A DNA stretch of 36,726 nucleotides from Chrysochromulina tobinii (lineage: Eukaryota): the NCBI GenBank assembly GCA_001275005.1, contig JWZX01002242.1, positions 1 to 36,726 of the forward strand, written 5' to 3'. Below the pieces are notes generated by a model. The model was not told the origin of the DNA. It searched no databases and saw only the letters and a list, made by a program, of their open reading frames with translations. This document shows positions 1 to 9,800 of this stretch, piece by piece (position 1 is the first letter of the stretch; every line of letters starts with the position of its first letter). Position numbers and translations under genes: made by a program.

Positions 1-621
1 AAAGCGGATGGCCAATCTTGTACCCTGGCCACGCCAAGAGGGAGCTCAATTCGCGTCCCCATGGAGAGCTTTGGCCTGGAGGCCTTCTCAAGAGGGGTTT
101 TCGCTTCTGGGAGAGAAACCCGATCTAACAGGTTCTTTTTGGGTCCCCAGTGGTGTCCGACCGAGCTACTTTCGCGCCCCCGGCAAGGTCCGAGGATGAA
201 TAAGAGGATGAACAAATTGGGCAACAAATAAAAATGTTGACCCGGTTAATGTGAACCTCGCAAAATACACGCTTCACGCATCCGATCCGATGATAGCACG
301 TACAGCGGCAGCGATTCATATCTCGACGGTACGTGTCCGTGCGTGCGGAAGGTATCGGACGGCCCCGGTCTGGCCGTCGGTCGGCGGACGCCTGTGCTGG
401 TGCTGTGTTTCCTGTAAAGCAGTCCGCCGTCTCGCTCTGGTACGACGACCGCCCTGACGTCTGAGCGGAGGGCCTCTTACAACTCCATCGATGCTGGCTG
501 GGTTAGGCAAGGACGCGCGAGCCATACACGCACGCTCGACCACAGGTTTGAATGGCACCGCACAGCACACCAACCCTTGGAAGCCGGCACCGCACGCGTC
601 GCAGCCTCCACTCCCACGGCG

Positions 622-2190
622 TCACACCACGGGCCCCTGCTTGAGCCGTCCGACAACGCTGCTCGGAAGCAGCGCTGACGCACGTGCCACGGCTGACGTG
701 AGAGCAGCATGCAGAGCAGCATGCGTGGAGGCGAGCGTCGCCTTGTATGCAAGCTTCAATGTGGCCAGCGTCTCGCTCAGCGTCTCCCTCGCCCTGACCT
801 TGGCCAGTGCAAAGGCCCCTAACCCCGAGGCGAGTGTGGCACTCGAGGCAAGCTTCATCTTGGCAAGAGTCTCGCTCGCAGTGACCTTCACCTTGCCGAG
901 CACCACGAGGACCGTGGGCGAGCGCGGCACCACCAATGCAGCTATCAGAGCGCAGCCACCGAGGGCGAGTGGCAGTCTGTGGGTGCGTCCGAAGGCCAGT
1001 ACCTTGGCCACGGCGGCCGACGAGGTAGCTGCCGGAGGCGACATTTCCGGCGCAGCTATCTGTACATCTGGCGGCACGGCTAGCGGCACAGCTCTAGGTC
1101 GCTCGGGCTCAGGAGAGTGCAGAGCCGCCTCGACGAGCGCGAGGACGTCGAGCACGCCCACTGGCTTACCCGTGAGCGGTTCGACGACGGGCACGGAACG
1201 GTAGCCGCCCGTCGAGAGCTGGTGGAGCGCCTGCATCACGGTGGCGCTGGAGGGCATCACGTCCGGCGCAACCGTCATCACCTCCTCCACCGAGACCGTG
1301 TGCGTCGGCTTCCCGGCAGCGACGGCCTTAAAGAGAAGATCTTTGGGGGTCAAGATGCCGTCGACAGTGCTCTGGTCGGCAGTGCGCGACACGAGCAACG
1401 CCGAGCGGCGCTCCGCCATGAGCAGCGCGGCCTGCATCAGCCGCTGCGTGGGCGCGGCGCCAGAACCCTTAGCGCCGCCCATTCGCATGACGGTCTCGTC
1501 CTCGAAGAGATCGGCCAGCTGGCGCTGCCCACCACGCAGGCCCTGCGCCGCTTGCATCACGTCGAAGAGCAGCTTCGCGATGTCGAGCAGGCCGCTGATA
1601 TTGCCCTTGGCGTCAACCACGGGCAAATGGCGGCAGTGCTTGCTGCGCATTTTGGCGAGGGCATGGTCCACGCCCGAGCTCGAGCGCACGCAGATCGGGT
1701 TGCGTGTCATCACGTCGCGGACGAGCACAGTCTGCGGCTCGAGGCCAAGCGCGAGCACCTTTCGAACGATGTCCACGTCCGTCAGGATGCCCTCGAGAGA
1801 TGCCTCCTCGACTTCCGCGCCAGCTGAGGAGAGGACCAGGCACGCGTCCTGCCGCTGCGCGGCGAGGAGCTTTGCAGCCTCGGCTACATTCATTTCAGGG
1901 GTGACGACGACGCCGTGTTTTGGGCGCAGCTCGCCGACGGTTCGGGAAGCCGACGACGACGCGTCGTCCTCCACTGTGCCTGCACCCAGCCGCACGGTTG
2001 TGGAGAGCGTCGTCATGCTGTGGCTCTTGCTCATACCTGCTGACTCGGGCGAAACTGACACCAGGGACCGAGGCAAGTTGATGACGGCGCCGACTATCTC
2101 GTTTTCCTCAGAATTTTGTGCCGGTGTTAGCGCACCGACGTCGTCGGCTCGGTCCGATCGGTCCGTAAGGCGAGAGACGTCTGCACCCAT
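622..2190 (-). CDS. CBS-domain protein (4 CBS motifs, Mug70/CBSCBSPB-like) with C-terminal hydrophobic helix
   Basis: The ATG at 2190 (MGADVS...) is in frame with ORF 622..2616; the upstream part of that ORF overlaps the divergent gene and is unlikely to be coding. CBS signatures are GILTDVDIVRKV, VRDVMTRNP, RHLPVVD, GLLDIAK, GILTPKDL, VEEVMTVAP and RSVPVV. The hydrophobic segment is LPLALGGCALIAALVV. About 522 aa. Confidence 0.88.
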   Translation of the reverse strand: MGADVSRLTDRSDRADDVGALTPAQNSEENEIVGAVINLPRSLVSVSPESAGMSKSHSMTTLSTTVRLGAGTVEDDASSSASRTVGELRPKHGVVVTPEMNVAEAAKLLAAQRQDACLVLSSAGAEVEEASLEGILTDVDIVRKVLALGLEPQTVLVRDVMTRNPICVRSSSGVDHALAKMRSKHCRHLPVVDAKGNISGLLDIAKLLFDVMQAAQGLRGGQRQLADLFEDETVMRMGGAKGSGAAPTQRLMQAALLMAERRSALLVSRTADQSTVDGILTPKDLLFKAVAAGKPTHTVSVEEVMTVAPDVMPSSATVMQALHQLSTGGYRSVPVVEPLTGKPVGVLDVLALVEAALHSPEPERPRAVPLAVPPDVQIAAPEMSPPAATSSAAVAKVLAFGRTHRLPLALGGCALIAALVVPRSPTVLVVLGKVKVTASETLAKMKLASSATLASGLGAFALAKVRARETLSETLATLKLAYKATLASTHAALHAALTSAVARASALLPSSVVGRLKQGPVV

Positions 2191-2368
2191 TTTTTCTCGT
2201 GAATTTGAATCGTCGGGACGCCGATACGACCTTCGCAGAGGAGTGGAGCGATCCCTGTTAGAAATCACACCGACCTCCATTCGAATGCACACATACACCT
2301 GAAACATATGGTGCCAGAGATGAGTGGCCACCTGTAGCGTCAGTCCTGGGGGGACAGGGACAAAGGAC
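2191..2368. promoter_or_regulatory. Probable bidirectional promoter between head-to-head CBS and C69 genes
   Basis: 178-bp lower-GC gap between divergent ATGs at 2190 (-) and 2369 (+). No specific element was identified. Confidence 0.45.
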
Positions 2369-4147
2369 ATGGTCGCACTCTCCAAGGCTCTCCTGCTCAC
2401 GCTGGCGGCTCGCACGCGCGGTTGCACAAACGTGTTGGTTACCGCCGGAGCTTCCGCCGACTCGCACCCAATGGTCGCGTACAATGCGGATGATTCTGCG
2501 CTGCACGGGGCTATCATGCACTGGCCCGCTGGCAACCACTCGCCGGGTGAGATGCGCGAGGTGTACTCGTGGGACCTCGGCAAACGACTCGGCGAGATCC
2601 CACAACCCGCGCACACCTACAATGTCATGGGGAACTCCAACTGCCAGGGCCTCGTCATCGGCGAAACCACACTGGGCGGTCTCGAGGAGCTCTCGAACGT
2701 GGGCAAGGACGAAAAGGATGGTCGTATCCTGGACTATGGTTCGCTCATCTGGATCACGCTGCAGCGCGCGGCCACGGCGCGCGAGGCCATCCAGGTCATG
2801 CAGAACCTGACGGCGACATACGGCTACGCCTCGGACATGGAGGGCTTCAGCATCTCCGACTCAACTACAGGTGAGGTCTGGTACATGGAGCTCATCGGCA
2901 AAGGCAAGTGGGAGAAGGGCATTGTATGGGTGGCCCTGCGCGTGCCCGAGGGCTACGTGCATGCGCACGCCAACCAAGCTCGCATCACCACCTTTTTGCC
3001 CTGCACCGACGAAAGCCAGTGCATGTCCGCGCCCGATACCGTCTCCTTCGCCATCGCACGCGGCTACTGGAAGGGCGCGGTGGACGACACGCGCTTCTCC
3101 TTTAGCGACATCTACGACCCTGTCACGTTTTCCGGAGCTCGCTTTTGCGAGGCGCGTGTGTGGCATGTCTTCAGCGTCATTGCGGACCAGGCCCACTTCG
3201 ACCCGGCGCAGTACCTCGATTACGCGCAGGGCAAGAATCTGACGAATCGCATGCCCCTCTTCGTGAAGCCCAAGACGGCGCTCACGCGCGACGATGTGCA
3301 CACGCTCCTGTCCGGGCACTACGAGGGCACGTGGTTTGACCCGTCCAAAGACGCGGGTGCAGGCGCCGAGCACTCGCCCTATCGCTGGAACGGCCTCGAG
3401 TGGAAGCTCGGCGAGGCATCATACGTCAACGAGCGCATCGTGGGCACTCAGGCGACCAGCTGGCACTTCGTCGCGACGATTAGGACCGAGATGCCCAAGC
3501 CGATGGGTGTGCTGCTGCATTGGGGCGCGGATGATCACTCGTGGAGCCCCAAGATCCCCATCCACGGCGGCGCGAGCGAGGTCCATCTCTCGTACGACGA
3601 CTCCGATTGCACTGGACGCGACGCGTGCCGCATCGCCAAGGGGCTCGAGGGCACCGTGACCAATTTCAGCTGGAGCTCGGCATGGTGGGTCAACAATGCC
3701 GTGGCGGACCAGGTGTACACACGGTCCGACCGCGCAGCTCCCGTCGTGCTCGCGGCGCGCAAGGAGCTCGAGGCGAGCATGGAAACGGCGCTCGCAACTT
3801 GCGAGGCGCAAGCCAAGGCGCAGTTCGAAGCGGGCCACTTTGCCGCGGGGCAGGCGATCCTGAACGCCCATGCGGTGGAGATGGGGGCCACCGCGACCGT
3901 CGCGTGGACGGCGCTGTGGCAACGGCTCACGATGCTCTTCTACGATGGCAAGACCACCACGCTCGACCCGACGAACGAAGTGTGCGGTTGCGATCGCCCG
4001 TCGGCCGTGTTCACCGACGCGTGGGCGCAGAAGGTCGTCCAGGATGACGGAGATCATTATCGCGTGCCCAATCAGAAGTCGCTCGCTGGCCGCCCGCACG
4101 ACAAGCCGACGCGTGACAAGCTCTCCATTCGAGGCGTTGCGCCCTGA
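2369..4147 (+). CDS. Secreted peptidase family C69 (dipeptidase, Ntn-hydrolase)
   Basis: Signal peptide MVALSKALLLTLAARTRG is followed directly by the nucleophile CTNVLVTAGASAD. Further motifs are YNAD, GEIPQ..HTY, GETT.GG, LQRAATAREAI, ANQARI and FCEARVW. About 592 aa, no intron needed. Confidence 0.92.
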   Translation: MVALSKALLLTLAARTRGCTNVLVTAGASADSHPMVAYNADDSALHGAIMHWPAGNHSPGEMREVYSWDLGKRLGEIPQPAHTYNVMGNSNCQGLVIGETTLGGLEELSNVGKDEKDGRILDYGSLIWITLQRAATAREAIQVMQNLTATYGYASDMEGFSISDSTTGEVWYMELIGKGKWEKGIVWVALRVPEGYVHAHANQARITTFLPCTDESQCMSAPDTVSFAIARGYWKGAVDDTRFSFSDIYDPVTFSGARFCEARVWHVFSVIADQAHFDPAQYLDYAQGKNLTNRMPLFVKPKTALTRDDVHTLLSGHYEGTWFDPSKDAGAGAEHSPYRWNGLEWKLGEASYVNERIVGTQATSWHFVATIRTEMPKPMGVLLHWGADDHSWSPKIPIHGGASEVHLSYDDSDCTGRDACRIAKGLEGTVTNFSWSSAWWVNNAVADQVYTRSDRAAPVVLAARKELEASMETALATCEAQAKAQFEAGHFAAGQAILNAHAVEMGATATVAWTALWQRLTMLFYDGKTTTLDPTNEVCGCDRPSAVFTDAWAQKVVQDDGDHYRVPNQKSLAGRPHDKPTRDKLSIRGVAP

Positions 4148-4321
4148 GCGTCGGCTCGGGGCTCTGTGCATTGGCCATTGGGGGGAAAAGGAGTAGATAT
4201 CCGGAGACAGCGTATCATGTATTAAGAAAGAAAGCGAATTACACTGTATATAGGTTTATAGGATGTACACTGTTCTGTTCGAATTCCTAACTGTTGTCTC
4301 GGAATAGAGCTTTCCTCACAC

Positions 4322-4365
4322 TGTCAGTGTCACTGAGTGTCAGCTGTCACTCTGTCACAGTGTCA
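4322..4365 (+). repeat. Cluster of six TGTCA pentamers in 44 bp
   Basis: TGTCA occurs at 4322, 4328, 4338, 4345, 4353 and 4361. Confidence 0.7.
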
Positions 4366-4543
4366 GAACGGAGCAGGCGGATTTGCTTCTATGGTGCAGT
4401 ATGCGTGCCATGTTGGCGAAGTCGAGTGCAGTGCATGGATGCATGGTGGAGTGGTAGCGGCTTGTGACGCAGCGCAAAGCGCCGTAGTGGTGTCAGTGGT
4501 CGAGCGCATCCTTCCGCGCCCCGCCGCGCCAGGCTTCGCGAAG

Positions 4544-5206
4544 ATGTTTTCTCGAGGCATTCTCTTCTCGTTGGTAGCTGTTTCGGAGTTACGATGCGAT
4601 ATCAGGCAGCGGCTACCGTCCGGGAAGGTACAAACACATGCGTCCACGAATTGCCGGGGCTGCTCCATGATGGTCGACAGCACGGAGGAGGAGGCGAAAA
4701 AGCGAATGCTGGCAAGGCTGAATGAGGGCCCAGTGTCGAGGCGAGCCCGAGACGAGCCGACTCGAGACGCGGGCCCAGACGTCCCAAAGGCAATGCAGCG
4801 GCTTGAGCAGGAGCAGGAGGCTCGCAAGCGAATGCTTTCCCTCATGGGCAGCAAAGGCAGCGACAAGCTCAAGCGCGGGATGGGTGCCTACGGTGGCTTT
4901 GGGGCTGAGGATGATGAGGACTATGGCTACGGGCCGCCGCGCCGCCGCGAGCAGCCGGAAGAGGTGGATTTGGCAACCGGCAAGCCGCTCAACGAGCGCA
5001 TCGATGAGGAGATGCAAGGCATGCTCGACCCAAGGCGCTCCACGGAATGGAGACGTAAGGCTGAACTCATCGATCCCAACCCGCCCCCGATGGCGAACAC
5101 GCTCCGCGCGCCAGGCCAGCGACCGACGCCAGAACAGGTGCAAGAAGGGCTACGCGAGGAGGACAGCTTACTTGAAGCGCTCAGGAGTGCCGTTGACGAC
5201 CCTTGA
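4544..5206 (+). CDS. Hypothetical protein, probable bipartite (signal + transit) plastid-targeting presequence
   Basis: ATG 4544 gives MFSRGILFSLVAVS, then an R/S-rich stretch ending CSMM, then a charged helical mature region with two similar EARKRML/EAKKRML repeats. About 220 aa. Confidence 0.65.
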   Translation: MFSRGILFSLVAVSELRCDIRQRLPSGKVQTHASTNCRGCSMMVDSTEEEAKKRMLARLNEGPVSRRARDEPTRDAGPDVPKAMQRLEQEQEARKRMLSLMGSKGSDKLKRGMGAYGGFGAEDDEDYGYGPPRRREQPEEVDLATGKPLNERIDEEMQGMLDPRRSTEWRRKAELIDPNPPPMANTLRAPGQRPTPEQVQEGLREEDSLLEALRSAVDDP

Positions 5207-5648
5207 TACTGTGATACTGTGTCGCAGTCGGCGGAGCTCGCGGCACGCGGCACTGATCAGCGCATCGAGTCGCAGGCAGAGCGCAGCGCGGGAGACACTA
5301 CATCGGGGCGACTCGAACACAGTCAACTTACAAATCAGCTAAATGTCTCACAATCTTGTTAATACATTGTATCAAGCCACCCCGCACCCGGTCTTTAAAT
5401 ACTAAGAAAAAAGGATACTCCGCGCCCGCGCCGCCGCCGGACGAGGTCCGAGCCCCGAACCGGCCGCGGGATTCGGATTGCCGGGTGCTGCCCTGATCAG
5501 CTGCAGCTCAATGCGTTCGGCGGACACGCGACACGGCACGTCCATGGATTTGTCATGTACGCAATGGTTATAATTCACAGTCCATGTTTATAATTCACAC
5601 ATCCCTGAAGGAAAATCCGAGCGAGGGCGAGGCCTGAGTGCTTGCGAG

Positions 5649-6227
5649 ATGCAGACGGGCACGCTGCGTAACTGTGGCAGCTCAATTTTCTCAGGAAGCC
5701 GTGAAAAGCGAGACCCTTACACACGGTCAGAGCTCTTCGCCTGCCTCGAGGCGCTCCTGCTTGAGCGCCTCGAAAACGACGCAACACCACATCTCGACCT
5801 GGAGTCCGTTAGTGCAGAACTCGTCGCCGGCACGCCTGCGCGATGCAAGGCCACGCTGGCCACGCGCGGAGAGTGCGTATTCCGTGATCTACTCACTGAC
5901 CTTCAGGCCGACCGACGGTTCGTCGTTGACACGAAGCTCGGCACCGTGCGCCGAGCACGTGCCGTGGTGTCGGACAGTGAAGAGTTTGTCACCGACGACG
6001 GCGACAGTGTGTCACCGCTTGTCACTGCGCTGCCAGATCCGCCGAGCTGTTCCGGGCTGCTGTCACGTCCCGCTGGTCTACCGCTGTCGGAGTGCTCCAG
6101 CGTTACACCAAGCCCATGCAGGGCGAAGGGTGTGGCCTTTTCTGGCACGGCTGGCAGCGGGGGTGGCAGCAGGCGAGGCGTCGACTACAGCAGGTGGGAT
6201 CGCATCGGCGAAGAAGATAGCGACTAG
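5649..6227 (+). CDS. Hypothetical protein ending in a DYSRWD acidic motif
   Basis: 192-aa ORF with a globular-looking N-terminal half. The C-terminus VDYSRWDRIGEEDSD resembles the DYSxWD motif at the Cdc37 N-terminus. The start codon is uncertain. Confidence 0.55.
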   Translation: MQTGTLRNCGSSIFSGSREKRDPYTRSELFACLEALLLERLENDATPHLDLESVSAELVAGTPARCKATLATRGECVFRDLLTDLQADRRFVVDTKLGTVRRARAVVSDSEEFVTDDGDSVSPLVTALPDPPSCSGLLSRPAGLPLSECSSVTPSPCRAKGVAFSGTAGSGGGSRRGVDYSRWDRIGEEDSD

Positions 6228-6844
6228 TCCGTGCGCGATAGTGCGCGTAGGCAAAAAACTCAGGCGTGACGAGGTGTTCGCCCGGGCTCATGCCTACGGC
6301 CATCGGTCATGCCCTTCTGCCGCGCACACACGACCGCAGTCGACGACCGCACGCCACGGGCGGCGCGCGAGTCCCTCTCGCACGTTCTCGGCGTGCGGTC
6401 CGATGCGGTCCACGGCGGTTCGCGGCGGTTACGTTCGCGTTGCATAGGTTGTTTCATTCCAATTGTGCTGAACTGACAAGTTTGAATATAACGCGTTTTC
6501 GTATTCACCTTCCGGCGGCCCGCGCTTCTCGCCGCGCGCGCAGCATAATTATGCGATAAAATTATTGAAGACGCGTCTGAACAGAGATCAGAGTCAGTGA
6601 ACACTAAATATGACACGTGGTTGGCACCGCGACATCTCAGCATGCTTGTGGGCCCATGAGGGTGGCCAGGCGCGCCAGCCACCCACCTCCCCAGCAGCGG
6701 CACATAGCGCCGAGGGCATACTTATGCGCGGCTCGGATCGTGTCCGCTCCTTGCCGTGCCCGACAGAAAAGTCGCGGAGGCACTGAAGCAGAGAGGGTGC
6801 TCTCGACGCGCGACACGCTTGGATGCCATGACCTGCAGCAGCTA

Positions 6845-9800
6845 TCACGAAGCGCCCCAGTCGGCGGCGCGCTGCCTCATGCCGTCGTCGTCAAAGCCGC
6901 TAGGCGTCGGACGTGAAGGAAGCCGCGAGGGTACACCCAGCATGGAGCTCTGCAGGAGCGGGTTAAGCGAGGAGGCAAGCAGGCTGCTGCCACCGCCACC
7001 ACCGCTCGTAAGTCCGGACGCGCAATCAGCGGGCGGGGGGAGGTTGGCAGCGGGCAGCGCGGCTGCGAGCTGTGCTGGGAAGACTGCGGCCGTGGAAAGA
7101 GGCGACCAATTGAGACCGCTGCCCGCGCCCCAGGTCGCCTGGGGCGTGCCTGCGCCAAGGGCGGCCGATGGGCCGATGGACGGGAGCGAAGGGGTGACCA
7201 AGGAGGAGGGCACCGTGCCAAGCGGCGGCTGCAGCGAGGGCTGCCACGTGCTCGTCGAGGTAGCGAGGCCCTGCCAGCCGCCAGCCCATAGGCCATGGCT
7301 ACCACTACCGCCACCACCACCGCCCACGGCGCTGCCACCCACGCCGCCGCCCACGCCGCCGCCCACGCCGCCGCCCACGCCGCCGCCCACGCCGCCGCCC
7401 ATGCTGCCGCCCACGCCGCCGCCCACGCCGCCGCCCATGCTGCCGCCCGCGGCGGCTGCCGAGCTCCACGGGCGTGACGAGTCGAGGGTGGGTCCCGCCG
7501 CCCCGGCCGTCGAGGGTGCTGCCCCTGGCAAGCCGTAACCGCCCACTCCAGGCAGCCCGAGCCCGAGCCCGAGCCCCGCCGCGCCGCTGGTGGTGGTCCG
7601 GGCGGCTGGCAGCGGATGGGTGGGTGACAGCAGGTGCGCCAGGTGCGCGGGCGGCGCAGTGGCGAGTGGCGAGGTGCCGGCGGCCGCACCGGCGAGGGCC
7701 GGATAGGCTGCCGGCGGCGCGCTCGGGTTGAGAGCTTGGCGATAGTCGGCGGGCTTCGCATTGGGATTGGCAAAGAGGGACGTGCTTGGCATGGGCATGG
7801 GCATGAGCATGGGAATGGGCGTGGGCTTGGCAGTGGACGATGGGCTTGGAGTTGGCGTGGGCGTGGGATGCGAGTTCACAGCGGAGTGCGCCCGGTTCAC
7901 AGCGGAGCCGAAGCCTGTGGCGAAGCCAGTGGGAGTCGACTCGCTCGAGGCGGAGCGATTGGGCGCGCCAGCGTACAGGGAGGACGCGTAGGCTCCGATG
8001 GGCGTCGCGGCCACGCCTGCGCTGGCCACGCCGCCAACGGCCGCGGTCATCCCGGGAAGGAGCGCCGTCGCGGGCGTCCCGGGGAGGAGCGCGGTGCCAT
8101 CCTGGCTCACGATCGCCGCTCGCACGACGAGCTGCCGGCCGAGCACTGAGGGAGGGCGGCCGTTCGCGTGCACGTGTGCGAGCAACGCGCGACACGCCTC
8201 GGCAGAGCGAAGGTAGACAAAGGCCGCTCCGTTGGTGGTGAGCAGTCGCCAGCCCGCCACCTCGCCCCACGGCGCGAAAGCTGTCCGGAGCGGCTCCTCC
8301 GAGTCGAGAGCCGCGGAGCACAACGGCGCCACCCACACGACATGCGGCGTCGCATCACCGTGGCTGAGTCCCACCGTGGCCGTGCCAGCGCGTGCGTCGA
8401 CGGTGGCGGCGGGTGCCGCCGCGCGCTCAGGCGTCGTGACGGGCGCGGCCACAGGGGCGGCGCTGGGCGGTGAGACGGCGCCCGCGCTGCCCTTGCGCGC
8501 TCTGCCATCGGTCGCGGACGATCTCGCCGCCTCGGCCGCGGGCGCCGCCTCCGCCGCAGGAGAAGGCTTAGCGGTCGTGGAAGAAGCAGGCTTGTCGGCC
8601 GCAGAGGGTGACGCGAAGCTGTTGCGGGCAGCCTTGCGGGCAGTGGCGCCCTTGGCGGAGAGTTGCCAAGGTTCCTCTCTCTCCTCACCCGCACGCTTCT
8701 CCTCATCAGCAAGCCGCTCTTGCTCCCGCCGCGTCCCCCCCTTGGTCGCCGCTCCGCCGCCGGCTCCGCTGCCCGCTCCGCTACCCACTGCTCCGCCGGC
8801 TCCGCTGCCCTTGTCCCCGCCGCCTCGACGCTCGCCCTCGCCGCTCGGCACCTCGCCCGCCGCCGTCGAGGTATTCACCGCGCGCTCCCTGATGTCCGTC
8901 TTTGTCGTAGCAGCTTTGGCATCCTTGGCAGCAGCCTCATTGGCAGCAGCCTCCTTGGCACCAGAAGGCTCCTTGCTTATCTCTTTGCCGCTCTTGGCTC
9001 CTGCGCGCCTAGGCGTCTCCGCTGCACCCTCTTCGCTGCACCGGCGCTGTCGAAGCCCATTCCCACTGAGCGCGCTGTGCGAGCTCGTCGCGCTGCTCGT
9101 GCTGCTGCTGCTCGCGGTGCTGCTGCTGTCGTCGATCCCGGCGCCGGCGACAGCTGGTCGCTCGGCCGTTGCGGCAGGCTTGTCGTCGGCGTGTGCGATG
9201 GTGCTGCCGTTCTTGGGATGCGCGCTGCCATTCTTAGCGTGGCCGCCGCCGCCGCCGCCCTTGCGACCGGCCTTGCCACCCCCCACAGCCGCCTCGCCCT
9301 TGGCGGCAGAGCCGCGAGGCTGCGAAGCGGCTGCGGAGAGCACTCCGGCGACCGCATTTTGCTGCTGCTGCTGCCACTGGACGACCGCGAGTCCGCCGAG
9401 CGCGACGAGCCCGAGGACGAGGACGATGCCCCCGATGGATGCGAAGCTCAAGCTGCCATCCGCGTCACTTCCTCGCCTGCCACCCAGGCCCGACGCTGCG
9501 CCCCAGCTGCCAGCCGCCACGCTGCCAGCCACGCTCTCCCAGCCAGGGTCGCCCCAGCTCGTCGGATCGCCGAAGGCGGCCGCGACGCCGAAGACCGCGT
9601 CGCCGGTGAGCCGCTGGGCGGTGGCGCGGCCGGGGATGGAGATGCGCGAGAGCACCTGCTCCTCCGCATGCACCTGTTGGATGATACTCTGCCGCTCGGC
9701 CGACGTGAGCCCGTCCAGCACGCCCGCCGCCTCGAGCTCGGCGGTGAGCTCAGCCAGATCGACCGCCGGCTGCACGGGCGCAGGTCGGGTGCTCACAGTG

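Noticed and set aside
1..250. Possible piggyBac-like right end (...GACCCGG TTAA at ~239-249) of a lower-GC element
   Set aside because: The partner end would lie outside the window, and there is no TIR or transposase evidence.
2191..2616. N-terminal 142 aa of ORF 622..2616, and similar upstream extensions of ORFs 4337, 15837..17171 and 32910..33731
   Set aside because: They start at non-ATG or poorly supported codons, overlap a divergent gene or lower-GC promoter DNA, and are not protein-like. Downstream ATGs were chosen.
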